Positions 41,901-53,360 of a stretch of 64,000 nucleotides of DNA are shown one piece after another; the first letter of the stretch is position 1, and every line of letters begins with the position of its first letter. Both the position numbers and the translations under genes were made by a program. The DNA lies in NCBI RefSeq assembly GCF_000485595.1, contig NW_014577063.1, forward strand, positions 514,247 through 578,246, in the 5' to 3' direction. The DNA is from Priapulus caudatus. Its lineage: Eukaryota. Below the pieces are notes generated by a model. It was not told the DNA's origin, searched no databases, and was given only the letters and a program-made list of their open reading frames with translations.

Positions 41901-44900
41901 CTCAGAAAATATAGGGAGATCAAGCCCCTCAGCGTGAATTAAAATGGAAGTGTATCGCACCCCAACCCTTCATGATCAGGACCAAGGCCAAGGATAGATT
42001 GATCGTTTACTGCATGTCAAAATACACCGGAGTCAAATCGTAATATATCAAAACATTTTTAACATGTATATAAATTTACATATTACATACCTGTTATATT
42101 TAAGATAATATATTATATTATACTTTTGTATTTAGTATAATTATTACGACTATTAATTAATAATATTAACACCATAATTATAATTTCAATAGCAGGACCA
42201 CACTTTATATAAAAACTGTGCGGGTAATAAAAATCTTGCACTCACCACGACAATTGATTCCATCTCCAGTATAACCTGGAAGACAACTGCATCTATAGGT
42301 GTCTATATTCCTTTCCTGAATCTGAGAACACACTGCATTTTCATTGCAAATATCCTCATTCAATCTGCAATCATCTTCATCTGTTGGCACAAAAAACATC
42401 ACATATTAGGGAGAAAAATATATATATCAAAAATTTAAAAGGTAGATACATGTGAAAAGGCAGGTCAAGCACAAGCAGGCAAGAGGTCACGTGATTTACT
42501 TAAAAGGCCTGCAAAAATATCACCTAAAATTTTTGAAAACATTCTTTAAGGTAAACAAATGAATGAGTTAGCGTAAACGTGAAAGAACTTTCTATAATTT
42601 ACAGTAAGCTATAATACGTTACATTATAGTATCAATCATTTAATAAATTTCACAACACACAATAGAAAGGCAAACCTACACCTGGCATATTAAACTAGAA
42701 ATTAAAATTCACATTTCATAAACTATAAGCTACATGTGCAAATTACTTACCAATGACGTTACACTTGTAACCAGGAGGACCCACAATATTGACACATTCC
42801 TGATTCTGTCCACAAGGATTTCCCTCCAAACATTCATTGACATCTAAAAGATTAAAAAAAATTATGAATAAAAAAGGGTGATTGTATAGATTTCGATTTA
42901 CAAAAGGTGTAAATCAGATTGTAACCACTAGGACTGGTCCTTTAATATATATTATAGCTGCAGCCTTGTAGAACAGTCATTACAATGAAACACAGTCGAG
43001 AACCGCTGTTTGTCCATTTTACAAGTCATTATGAAATCCACATCACGTTACATGAAAATTACAAAACAAGTGCCACAGAGCGACAGCGCTCAACTGACGT
43101 GTACTGTAGCCAGGTATTCTTCTGATAAACTCACTGGCAACCAAATCAAGTGCGCCCTCCTGCCACCGCGTTCGCGCTCAGAGCATATATCTAGGATACT
43201 ATTAATACAGATCTAAAATCTATGATAGGCTTTGCTATACCTACTGGTAGTACAGTAATAAAGATACAGCTGTGTAACTTTAATGACTTCGCTATATTAA
43301 CGTTATCATGGATATGCGTCGAGCGTAGTGGTGGTGGTGGGGGAAGGGTCGAGGGGGAGGGTGGGGGAGGGGCAGGTGGAGGGGGCTCTAATAGCAAAAG
43401 CAGTTCAGTCCTTTGTTAATAGTCAACAAATCCATGTTTAACCCTCCTTTGAGGGTCAAAAGGTTATCAGACACTTACTCTTCGCACGTCAGCGGAAAGT
43501 AGATTTCATGGTCCTTTCAATAAAGTGATAAAAATGATAGGTCACCGCTGAAACAAAAAGGTTTTGCACTCGGTCCGTTAGACCAGGCCCTCAGAAAATG
43601 TCTGATATCCGACCTTTCCCCCACTGCCCTTTGATTTGTAACCTCCAATTTCGCGCTAGTGATGGGTTTCCTCCCCATCACACTATACATCGAATATTAA
43701 GAGCGTAGGTCGAGCCGTTGAGATTTGTGCCATAATTCCGTATTTCCTCCTATACCTTAAGTTAAGGGGAAAATATTCCCCCTCCATTGACACATCTTGA
43801 CCTTTGACCCTTGACCCCCCCAAATTCGACATCCCGAGTCCTTTTTGCGATCCCCACGATGTCCCGAATATCAAGACCGTACGCCGAGCGGTTAAGATTT
43901 GTGCAAAACTATTGACAGACGGACGCACGGACAGACAATCATGCGATTCTACTAGCTGCATCTGACTTCGTCAGCTGAGCTAAAAAAACAGGACCTTGAA
44001 TGTTAAACTGCAGCAGGTCAAGCCTTACCAGAACAAACAATCCCATTGCCTCTCCAGAACTCTGCCGCACATTCACAAAAGAAGCTGCCATCGGTGTTGA
44101 AGCAAAAGGCATTAGGATCGCATAGTGTCACGTTCATTTTGCATTCATCAATATCTGAAAATCACTCACACTGCTAAGTTATGGTGGCAGTACAGAATTC
44201 TCACCTGTAAATCGCAGCTCTACATACTCCATAAAATGCACGATTGTTAACTTGTTACTTGTTTACTCTTACTTGTTAATATCAAGAGTACATAATAGAG
44301 ATCTCCATTTTTCTCCATTTGCTAAAACATATAATCTAGTAATATGCATATATCATCTTATTTATATATAGTGAATGTTCAGGCTAACACAATGGTTGGC
44401 CAGGCTCCATTTATGATGGGCAAGTACGTTTACAGCAAAAAGAAATTAATTATTGGTGCTTTCACTGCCACAAAGCATCTACCTGTGCAGGTTTCATTGA
44501 AGCCATCTGTGTGGTAACCTGGCTTGTCACAAAGGCAACGAAAGCCGCCAATGTAGTTCTCACACATAGAATCGTCTGGGCATCTTCCATTGTCTTTCTC
44601 ACATTCGTCTGTGTCAGCTACAAAGGCAAGGGATAAGATTGTTAACAACTATCTCCTCCCGCTACAATGACACAGGAATTTACAAATAACATTATGGTCA
44701 CTCATATACACTCATTTCATGTGTGTGCATTAGTCTAATCCTATACAGTCAAACTTCGGTTATCCGAACATCAATTATCCGAACAAGATCTCAAGGTTCT
44801 GTGAATATTTAATACGCCACTAGACCACCCGTGACCCGTTGGGTCACCCACTATTCAGATGTTATCAATAATTTAGGATTTAGATTTAAGATTTACGCTC

Positions 44901-47869
44901 AGATTAGTTATCCGAACAATCAGTTATCCGCCCAAAATACTCCCTGCCCGTCTCGTTCGGATAATCGAGGTCTAACTGTAAACATATGTCGGGTACCGTA
45001 TTACACAACCCTTGATTGGACTCTGTAATACTCATGAAATAAATGCACATTCCTGGAAAATTCCTTTTGAATCAGTGATTGTGTTATATATACTGACACT
45101 TCCATGCTCTGCAATTTAGCATTCGCAGCATCCATGTCAAAATGTGTGATTTAAATTTTAACATCAAACTTGATGCGGATCAAAACCAGTTAGCACAACC
45201 AAATAATTTCATTTAAAAATGGAACCCATGTAAATTAGTTTAACATGGGATCAAATTATGGTCTTGATACTGAATGACCTACATGCACAAATGTAACACA
45301 TTTATTTCGATTTTTTTATAATTTTTTTTTCCCGATGAAATCGATTATGTATTTTGATAACCAAGCGCTTGGTTCAAGCCACTGTTCAACCGATGATCGA
45401 GTATAATCGATGATCGTGACATCACTAAGCGCTTGGTTCAAGCCACTGTTCAACCGATGATCGAGTATAATCGATGATCGTGACATCACTACTGAATGAC
45501 CTACATGCACAAATGTATCCAGGTGCAACATCTATATTGATACAAATCCTATCTGTTCCACAAGGATTTGAGTCTAGTTCAGTGCATTCATCCACATCTA
45601 AACAAATAAAAACAAACAAACTATTAGTCTTACCAAACGCATTTAAGAAAATTGTGATACACTTAACTTATAACTGTAATCAAAAATACTAGATTGGATC
45701 AGGTCTAGTCTTATTCATCATTAATACAATCAACCAACTAAACATCCTATTAACATCCTTTATGGTTGTACAGAGATTCTAACTATCCCATAGCAGCTCA
45801 TATATAGCTGATTGTGTAAACACAGTAGACCACAAAGGTGTAAAACAGGGAATATTCATGAGCAGGAACTCAGATGGTTGCCTGTATCATTAGGCGAGTG
45901 AGACTTATTTCATTGTCTACAGTCAGCAATCAGTGTGAGACACTGTGTGAGAACCTGTTCGGTGAACAGCCAAAACAACCTCAAATTCTTGCTACTGGCC
46001 CATGGACTGCAGTATGCTGTGAGGATATAGACACCTGTTTGTCAAAATAAAATCGCTCACTTTCCCGGACACAAAGCATGACCCTAACAATGCACCTATA
46101 AGGACCTGCCTACACTCAGCTACCTGTTGTGCAGAGCTTACACTTGTAACGGGTGTAATCCCAGAGGTGAATTCACATCCTGCCCAGCAACATGCCTCTT
46201 CTGCTACCCTAAACTGTAGACGGCAACTCACAGAGCAGCAGCCTGGCCCTAGCTAGGTGATGACAGAGAAGTGAAAGTGACAGAACCTGTTGGTCAGGCA
46301 GTGTCATTCATCTCTATTTCTGGGGTTCAGTGGTTAACACACTGGTTTACTTATCATGCCCTGCAGCTATATGACAGTAGAATCTCACTGGAGTAGTGGC
46401 AGCACAATAAACCCCAGAAACAATAGTTCATTGCACAATCTTATCTAAATGTTAGCTGGTTGTGTGTATTTAAACGATGTACACACACAATAGATCAGTA
46501 CTGCACTTTAAATAGTACGGTATGTGAGAAAAAACATGAAAATACCTAGTAGGTTGGAAAATCAGATTGAATCAGGCATGAGTCACTTTCGTTTATGCTA
46601 ATGTTAGCAAATCTGGTTGGTTAGGGTCCATGACCTACTGGCACGTTATACTCTCACTTTATGACACGCACTATATGGCTGGAGAAACATGTCTCATAAA
46701 TAAGCAATTTATGAAATCTATTTTATACATTGAACCATATAATTCTAAATTAGTTCAGCCATGTAAGCCTACACTTAATATCATATGTTTACGACAACAC
46801 TAATGTAGGTATGAGCATGCACTACGCACTATTTATATCAGTTCAGAGGAGAAAAATTTTATAATGAATAAGTGTTTAGTTGAATGAAAAGATATTGGGA
46901 AAAAGAAATGTGGAATTAAGATACATAATGCACAAAACATCAACAGGACACATCCACAACATACATTCACAAAGGACACTGCTCTTTAGTGACCTTACCG
47001 GAGCACTGAATTCCATCACCAACAAAGAACGGGGTAATGCACCGGCAAGCAAAGCTTCCAACCGTGTTGATGCAGCGAGCATTATTGTCACAGTTATCCG
47101 TCTCTTCTGCACACTCATCAATATCTGAAAAGAATCAAAGAAACAGCATAAAGCATGTATGGCCCTGAACCGGCCTCTGCATCATAAGTTGCAGTTGATG
47201 ACAATCGATACAACTCCTTTTGCATGACAAATGATCCCTGTAATCAGTAGTCAGTAATAACGGTTAACCACGCGACTAATGGTAAAGACTAAAGTTCACA
47301 TTTGATTTGTCAACGTTATACTTTATCATTGTCACTGTCAGACGTAAACGTGCAAATAATAATAATATCAAAAGATAGTACATGACGTTATGTTACCTTC
47401 GCAATGCGTTCCATTGTTTTCGTAATCACCGTAACCGCGCAAACACTTGCATTCATAACTGCCGGCTGTATTCACACATCGGCTAGTTTTTTTGTCGCAG
47501 TCGTCCTCACCTTCATCGCACTCGTCGATGTCTGCAATTATAAACGCGACAAAATGTCATGGGAACCGTTTTCATATGCATTAATTTTGCTAAAAAGCGT
47601 GATTGACTATAGTTTGATTTTTCATGCGTATAATCTACATTACATCAGGAGTAAATAATCACACAACTTAGTACACTACATTCCTACCAGCGCAAATTCA
47701 AAACATTTCAAGGCATTGAACTTGAACAACACATCATAATATGGTTCGTACAGGAAATCACTGCAGGAAATTAACAAGAGCTACTGCGTGTGTATCGTAA
47801 AGTATCGATTGGGTTTATTACGTGATAACAAGAAAAATATATATCATGTAATATATTATATATATCATG

Positions 47870-47919
<50 letters not shown>

Positions 47920-49953
47920 GTCTATATATATATATATATTATATGCGTGTGTATACTTCACGCCTCACTGTTGCAATGCGTGACAAAGGATCGAGCTATT
48001 AAGAATCCGGACACCACCGGGCATTCACCCGTTTTCGCCACACGTATAAGATTCCCTGTTTGAGCGCCGTCATTATATGTTTTTTGGGGAAGTGGTAGCA
48101 GTTATGCAGCCATGCACTGTTGAACAAGGAACCGCGCCTTGTAATCTTGTTGATCTGTGAGAGGTTGATGGCCACGAACAAACAGAGGTACCTGCCATTC
48201 CTCAGCCGCCGCATAAGAGCATGACATTCCTGACAAATCTCCATGCAATTACACTACATGCTTTTGCCGTACATTCACTATTGCCATAATGCGAAATTCA
48301 ATTTACTCCACAGAAAATTATATACTATAAATTCTAATATCTGAATGAATGAATACTATAAACTCTTTTATATATCGTACATTATTTTAGTCAAATAACA
48401 TCTAAAGTTGCGATTCGGCAACACCGGCGAACCCAACCGCGTAGATTGAATTTATACGTATACCTGGTACTTAAGTGTACATATCTTCCTATTAGCAGCA
48501 TACACAAGACCTGTCAACATCGTATTTATAGAGGGCCCCTTTTCTATAATTGCACAGTAAATTTGATACAAATCACGCGAATAAGCACGTGGACACATTG
48601 TGTGACAGCCAGACAGGTGGGTTGTTTGGTATGAAGTCACGCATGAAAACCGACAGACGCACTGTATAGACAGCGTTTGGCGCGTGAACAGATATCACAG
48701 TTAACCAAACAGCTACCCGAATGATAGATGATGCTCGTAACATATTCTGAGATGATGATATCATCACCCATCCCTATATAAATTCGTAGCCGGTAACGCG
48801 AAACAAAACGAGGGTCGTGAGCAGAAAGTAAATGAGGGTAGGATTTCCACATGGGGGTTCAATGCACTTTCACTTTCACGGCAACGCTGTCATAACCGGT
48901 TGGCAATCCTTGTCCCCAGGGTGGTATCGCACGAGCGTGAAATTACTCAGCGCGAGCGCGAATTCAGGTTCCAGGATTTAGAATGAGTACCTGAGGTTAT
49001 ATGGAATAGATGAAAGCGAGAGTTACGGAATTTATTAAGGCTGCACTTAACACATGTATGTCCTTGGTCACGAGGTTACTAACATCGGTCATTGACCAAC
49101 ATGCAAAATCTATTAACTTTAATGCGATTACGCACTTTAAACATATCCGCGCCATAGAGCCGTGGTGAGCGTTACATTGGGTTTGTGAATCGCATAACGG
49201 ACGTATTCATTTAACCTTTAACTTTATATAGCTTATATTGTTGCTGCAATGCAAATAATGCTTTTGTTCCAAGCAAAGGATGGAAAATTATTTGAACTAT
49301 GTCTTTACAATTTGATTTCGGGTGACGCTGTAATCAGCTTCATGCGTGCACATACGAATTAACGCCACTGAAGCTAAGCAGAACGCATTCACATCTACGC
49401 AACAATATACCTGACAATATCATTAACTATTACCAAATATATATACCGAGCAAGCCATTAGAATAAATCTATTACTTGAGATTGCTCCCCACTCATCACA
49501 AGTTGTAAGTGTTTATCAAGACGCGCGCAGATGCATAAGATATTATATCATAGTTGTATGTTTTCAACTGAGTACAAGCACGCATGTGTAGGAGCAAGAA
49601 AATCGCTGGCTGGGTGGCTCGTGTATGATCAAATCAAATATGTTTGATCTGGGAGGTTATAACAGACACAGAAACATGTTCTCATGTAAATCATTGCATT
49701 AGTGCTTGTTATATCAAGAATGTCGAACATTTTGGATGAAAATGTTTTTAATCTAGTATGATTTACATATGATCGCTATTATATACGATGAACCCTTACC
49801 TGTGCACGCGTCTTTAATCAATGATGATGTGAACCCACTTCCACAGATCGAGCCTCTCGTCCGGTTTCCTCTGTGACCTCTCTGCCCGACCACGACATGA
49901 ATATCACAAAGTACAAGAAGCGAAACCACCGCTATTAAAGCAATCCGATTCAT
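14620..49953 (-). CDS. Large fibrillin-like/FBN-1/Dumpy-like apical ECM protein: signal peptide + 47 cbEGF modules + furin-type site + ZP domain + TM + short cytoplasmic tail; roughly 2500 aa, ~56 exons
   Basis: Exon 1 (49953-49800) [23 protein letters not shown] is signal-peptide-like. Phase-1 exons from 47531 to 20228 each begin D-[IVN]-[DN]-E-C with CxNxxGS[FY]xCxC. Then linker exon 19032-18844, ZP exons, and last exon 14819-14620 with [22 protein letters not shown]-gaps at 22898-23221 and 26314-26580 could hide more exons. Confidence 0.88.
15094..18478 (-). CDS. ZP (cuticlin-type) domain exons of the EGF-ZP gene: 18478-18276, 17446-17238, 16619-16501, 16199-16112, 15874-15727, 15202-15094
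   Basis: [12 protein letters not shown]...FSGAIYV...PC...DC; VVVQPH...FTIQCLY (ZP-N); VKTCQV...VIDDVGC...ANFRAFT...[19 protein letters not shown] (ZP-C). GT-AG introns with consistent phases. Confidence 0.85.
17115..17200. repeat. (GCAG)n microsatellite
   Basis: Directly visible; generates the spurious LPAC/QAGR ORFs. Confidence 0.95.
19377..20146. mobile_element. Foldback MITE (~770 bp, ~300-bp arms), P-element-like
   Basis: Termini CAGGAGTAGATA / TATCTACTCCTG; 7-bp TSD ATATCAT (19370-19376 / 20147-20153); arms alignable with many small indels. Confidence 0.85.
20228..47531 (-). CDS. Tandem array of 47 calcium-binding EGF exons of the EGF-ZP gene
   Basis: Exons of ~93-135 nt, e.g. 47531-47397 [30 protein letters not shown]..., 36433-36305 [29 protein letters not shown]..., 27210-27082 [29 protein letters not shown]... 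Confidence 0.92.
20630..21150. repeat. Degenerate (GA)n tract with poly-G
   Basis: Directly visible; irregularity suggests low-quality consensus. Confidence 0.9.
21428..21672. mobile_element. PIF/Harbinger-like MITE
   Basis: TIR agcctaggacacactg.gcgattttctacgctggc / gccagcgtagaaaatcgcacagtgtgtcctaggct; TAA TSD. Confidence 0.88.
23229..23310 (+). pseudogene. Degraded copy of the MAIP1 intron4/exon5 junction
   Basis: gatcacatttcagat..attcga.agt.cacaaagg.agtgaa...actg.acaattaacgtgctaaatcacatcaggcc aligns to 12957-13038. Confidence 0.85.
27377..27712. mobile_element. MITE (GGCC termini, TTA TSD) inserted into an EGF-exon splice donor
   Basis: tta|ggccacaat ... attatggcc|tta; has an internal (GTAG)n tract like the 12160 element. 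Confidence 0.65.
31939..32199. mobile_element. PIF/Harbinger-like MITE with internal ~55-60-bp tandem repeats
   Basis: TIR aggccctcgcacacgatgtgcattcgg / ccgaatgcgcaccatgtgcgggggcct; TAA TSD. Confidence 0.8.
36673..37186. mobile_element. PIF/Harbinger-like MITE
   Basis: agctgcattcacac / gtgtgaacgtggct termini; internal palindrome tagactggtccgcgct...agcgcggaccagtcta. Confidence 0.6.
39468..39957. repeat. 22-23-bp minisatellite (gacatacctggacagcacgttt), about 22 copies
   Basis: Directly visible; the unit contains the exon/intron junction TGTCCAG|GTATGT of the EGF exon ending at 39951. Confidence 0.95.
43400..43987 (-). mobile_element. Possible Helentron/HINE (DINE-1-like) non-autonomous element
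   Basis: Minus strand starts TTTTTAGCTCAGCTGACGAAGTCAG followed by a GTCY-type tract (gtctgtccgtgcgtccgtctgtc); far boundary uncertain. Confidence 0.45.
44746..44978. mobile_element. Tc1/mariner (pogo/Tigger-like) MITE
   Basis: TA|cagtcaaacttcggttatccgaac ... gttcggataatcgaggtctaactg|TA. Confidence 0.85.
45363..45490. repeat. Perfect 64-bp tandem duplication (2 copies)
   Basis: aagcgcttggttcaagccactgttcaaccgatgatcgagtataatcgatgatcgtgacatcact x2. Confidence 0.9.
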
Positions 49954-52003
49954 TTTTGTGTAAGACAATCTCAGCGGAAGGTGCAACTCGAAACGGAAGG
50001 ACCTCTTGCCTAATCAAATACCCATGTAGAAGCGTATATATAACTAAAACAGGAGTAGCCCGCTTGCTACCCGCCTATCACCGATTGTATCCTATTCTAC
50101 CCGTCTCTTTCGCCTTCCTTTACCCTCTTCCACACTCCGCTCAACTACTAATGCGTTTTCGGGTGTACATTCCCTCTTTATAGACTGGACAGGTTTTGGG
50201 GGAGCATAAAGCGCCTAACGTGATAAAGTTAAGTGGTATCTTCACTAGGTGGCGCCACCGACTGGTAAATGTTGTCATGCCACTGCAGTACAGACAAAAC
50301 GGCCAATCGGAAAACCCATTCGACTCTTCCCGTCATGCCTAGAAAACAGCCACGCTATTCTCTGAATGGTCCGAGGCACCGAGGGTACCCGATTGACAAA
50401 ACGGCGCGCATCTTCGAATAACATTATTTTGTCGTATGCCGGTATGGTCGTAGTCATTCTTGTCGTAGTCAAAACGATGACCACACTGCTACGACGAAGG
50501 TAATGCATACAATTTACTTCAGATATGTTATTCTAGCAATATTGAGTATGATATATACAATATATAGCGTGTCTAGTACTAACTGACTAAAGATATTACC
50601 TATAGTCTAAAGATAAATGATAACAGATTAAAGATATAAACTAAATTAAGTCTAGGCCTATAGTAATACTAATAGTTCACCAAAATTGACAAATTGAAAT
50701 TCGCCAATAAGTTGACTGAGTAATATCTGTTTGACCATAGATGGTTTGACTTTGGCGGCAATTGACAGTGTTGTCACTTTGTGTGATTTATTCGGGCGTA
50801 AATTAATGTTAATAAGATAGACTCTGCTTTATGTTCTCCCATATATGATATGGTTCTCCTGATTCATTGTTATTTTATCAAAAATGAATTAATGGACTTT
50901 ATTCAGTTTGACATTGAAATCGAAGGTTTGTTCTGCAACGGCTGGGATATCATATTGCTAGATATAGTAGAGTTATTATCACTTATGAGGTTATGAGGAG
51001 GTTAGTTACATTTTTGCTTGCTCTTGTTGGGTTAGATTATTGTTGGCCTATATATCTATCATATTACATGCGGTGTGTCCCATTCTGCATTCACTAGCTC
51101 AGCCTCTGTCAGAGGAGCTACTTATAGTTAACTGTCACAGTGCTAATAACCCAAGGGTTGTCCTCCAAGGTACATATGTTAATTCACGTTAATACCTGCT
51201 AATATTGCATGCCCGCGATGCGGCTGTCATATTAAACGTCTGGAGTGTATATATACTAACTATATCATATTGCAGCCTTAGCTTACATGACCACGTTTCT
51301 CTGAGCCAGCTATTAGTATTATAGCAAATAACATAGCATATGATATAGCTCTCCTAGAGAATATATTTGTCGCCCATTTGGGCTTTTATCCTATCGAAGT
51401 GATTAAGTTCATACATGTACTACACCAACGTATTACTTATACATGATTGTTTATCGCGTCTATGCAATAGATAATTGTTATCTTAGCCTTAGGTATAGCC
51501 TGTTTGTTCCTGGCCTGTTTTGATAGATAATCAGGTGTGAGATAATCAGATGATAGAGAGTAAGATGTTTTATAGGTCAAATAAACTACATTTTTTTGAA
51601 GCTACATAAACTGTACACCCTTCTGATTTGTGGAATATTTACCCACATCCCTTATCAAAAACTATATACTAAGACAGTTATTGAAGACATTAACAACATT
51701 TTCATTGTATATTTGCAGTAATCAATCAGCTATAATTAACAGGGAGAAGACCCTTATACACGCCGTGGCTCTTTCGTTTTTGTTCCCATTCATGTTTGTC
51801 AAACGTGGAAATGTGTTCTAAATGACGCATGTAACTACATTGTAATTGAACCAACCAGCGTGTTCTACCTGCAGTAATGACATTTAGCTAGGGGGTGCGC
51901 CGACGTTACACCCCAATTAAAAACCACGGCACCGGAAGATTGTTATATGCGCGCACGTGGACTCGCGCGTGTTCACCCCCCCCCCCTGCCCGCACGCGTT
52001 CAC

Positions 52004-52218
52004 GCACTCGGCAGTTAGATGCGATATTGTATGACTACTAGGCACTTTAATTTAATTTAATTTTTTTTAAATAAAAAAAAGTTAGGGTTAAGGTTAGGTT
52101 AGGGTTAGGGTTTAGGTTAGGTTAGGGTTAGGGTAGGGTTTTTTTTTTTTTTAAGTGCCTAGTAGTCATATCCTAAGTGCCTAGTAGTCATACAATATCG
52201 CATCTAACTGCCGGGTGC
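52004..52218. mobile_element. Mutator-like MITE with a TTAGGG/TTAGG core
   Basis: ~44-bp TIR gcactcggcagttagatgcgatattgtatgactactaggcactt; 9-bp TSD CGCGTTCAC (51995-52003 / 52219-52227). Confidence 0.9.
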
Positions 52219-53360
52219 CGCGTTCACACTCCGTTTGTCACGTCACTAAATTTGGGAAACAGCAGAACTATGAAGTAGATAGAATTGATTTAGATTGCTT
52301 AGATTTCCTCATTGCTTTACAAATAGTCTAACACAGCTTTTAATCATATAGCAAAACGATTGACGTTTTTTTTCATGCAAGCGGGCATGTATTTTCCTCT
52401 GACACTGTAAATATTCTATGGCGCAAAGTTCTGTCTATTCTTGTTGAAATACAGTCTGTATATTCAGACAACGTACACGAGCGGCAGTAGAATCGCTTAT
52501 ATTGATCTGAGAATATAGTACATGCGTATTAGTCAGCAGGTTTTCCTATGGCTGATCCTAGCTACCACACGCCTCTCTAGTGTAAACCTTATTTTCGACG
52601 TAGGCCTGCGTTAGCTGCCACAGTTTGTCAATGGATTTTGTAACGATATCTATGCAACCTACTTCGATCGAGAGCATATCGCCAGGACGACGGCCTTGAA
52701 TAGTGAAAACGTGCCGGATACATTGTGTGCGAGCAACTCTACAGTAATATTGCAGCTGTGTGTATTACCTACAGTAATTAATCGACAACGTTTTCAGTGT
52801 ACCCTACGTAACTACGAAGTTGACGTGTGAAATTTCATCGCACGGAATTTTTCGTGTCATGCTTCAAGGAACCTGTTAAATCAAGCAAATGTTTTAATAT
52901 AGAACACTGGCTGCGCTCTGAAGACGGTATATATATCGATTTACCCGTGGTCGCATGCGAGCACATTATTACACGTATAGCGTGCCGATTGTATTAGTTT
53001 TGCGACGAAAACTCCAACGAAAATTCCGCGAGGTGATATCGTGATATACCCTGCATCTGTAGCTGCGCGCGAGCGAGCGATTGTGTGCATTCTCACGTGT
53101 CGTCCAGCGTCGCAGGCACGTGGGCGTACCGCTAGTACATGCTTGCCGGCGCGCGTCGCCCGAGGTCGGAAAAGTGGGCGTGGTGCGCACTCTGATCGGA
53201 CCGGATACACAAAGCGTTGCCAGCGCGCACGCGTCTCAGTCTCCGCGCGCGCGATAGTGTGTAAGGTGCGTAGTACGTGTTGCAGCGCGTGTACCGCCGC
53301 CGCCGCCGCCCCGGCCAGACAGCCGCAGCACAACAGGTGTGGCGCAGAACGGGTGCCATC

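Noticed and set aside
14620..49953. Calling the EGF gene fibrillin or Notch
   Set aside because: No TB/8-Cys, LNR or ankyrin modules seen; it ends in ZP-TM
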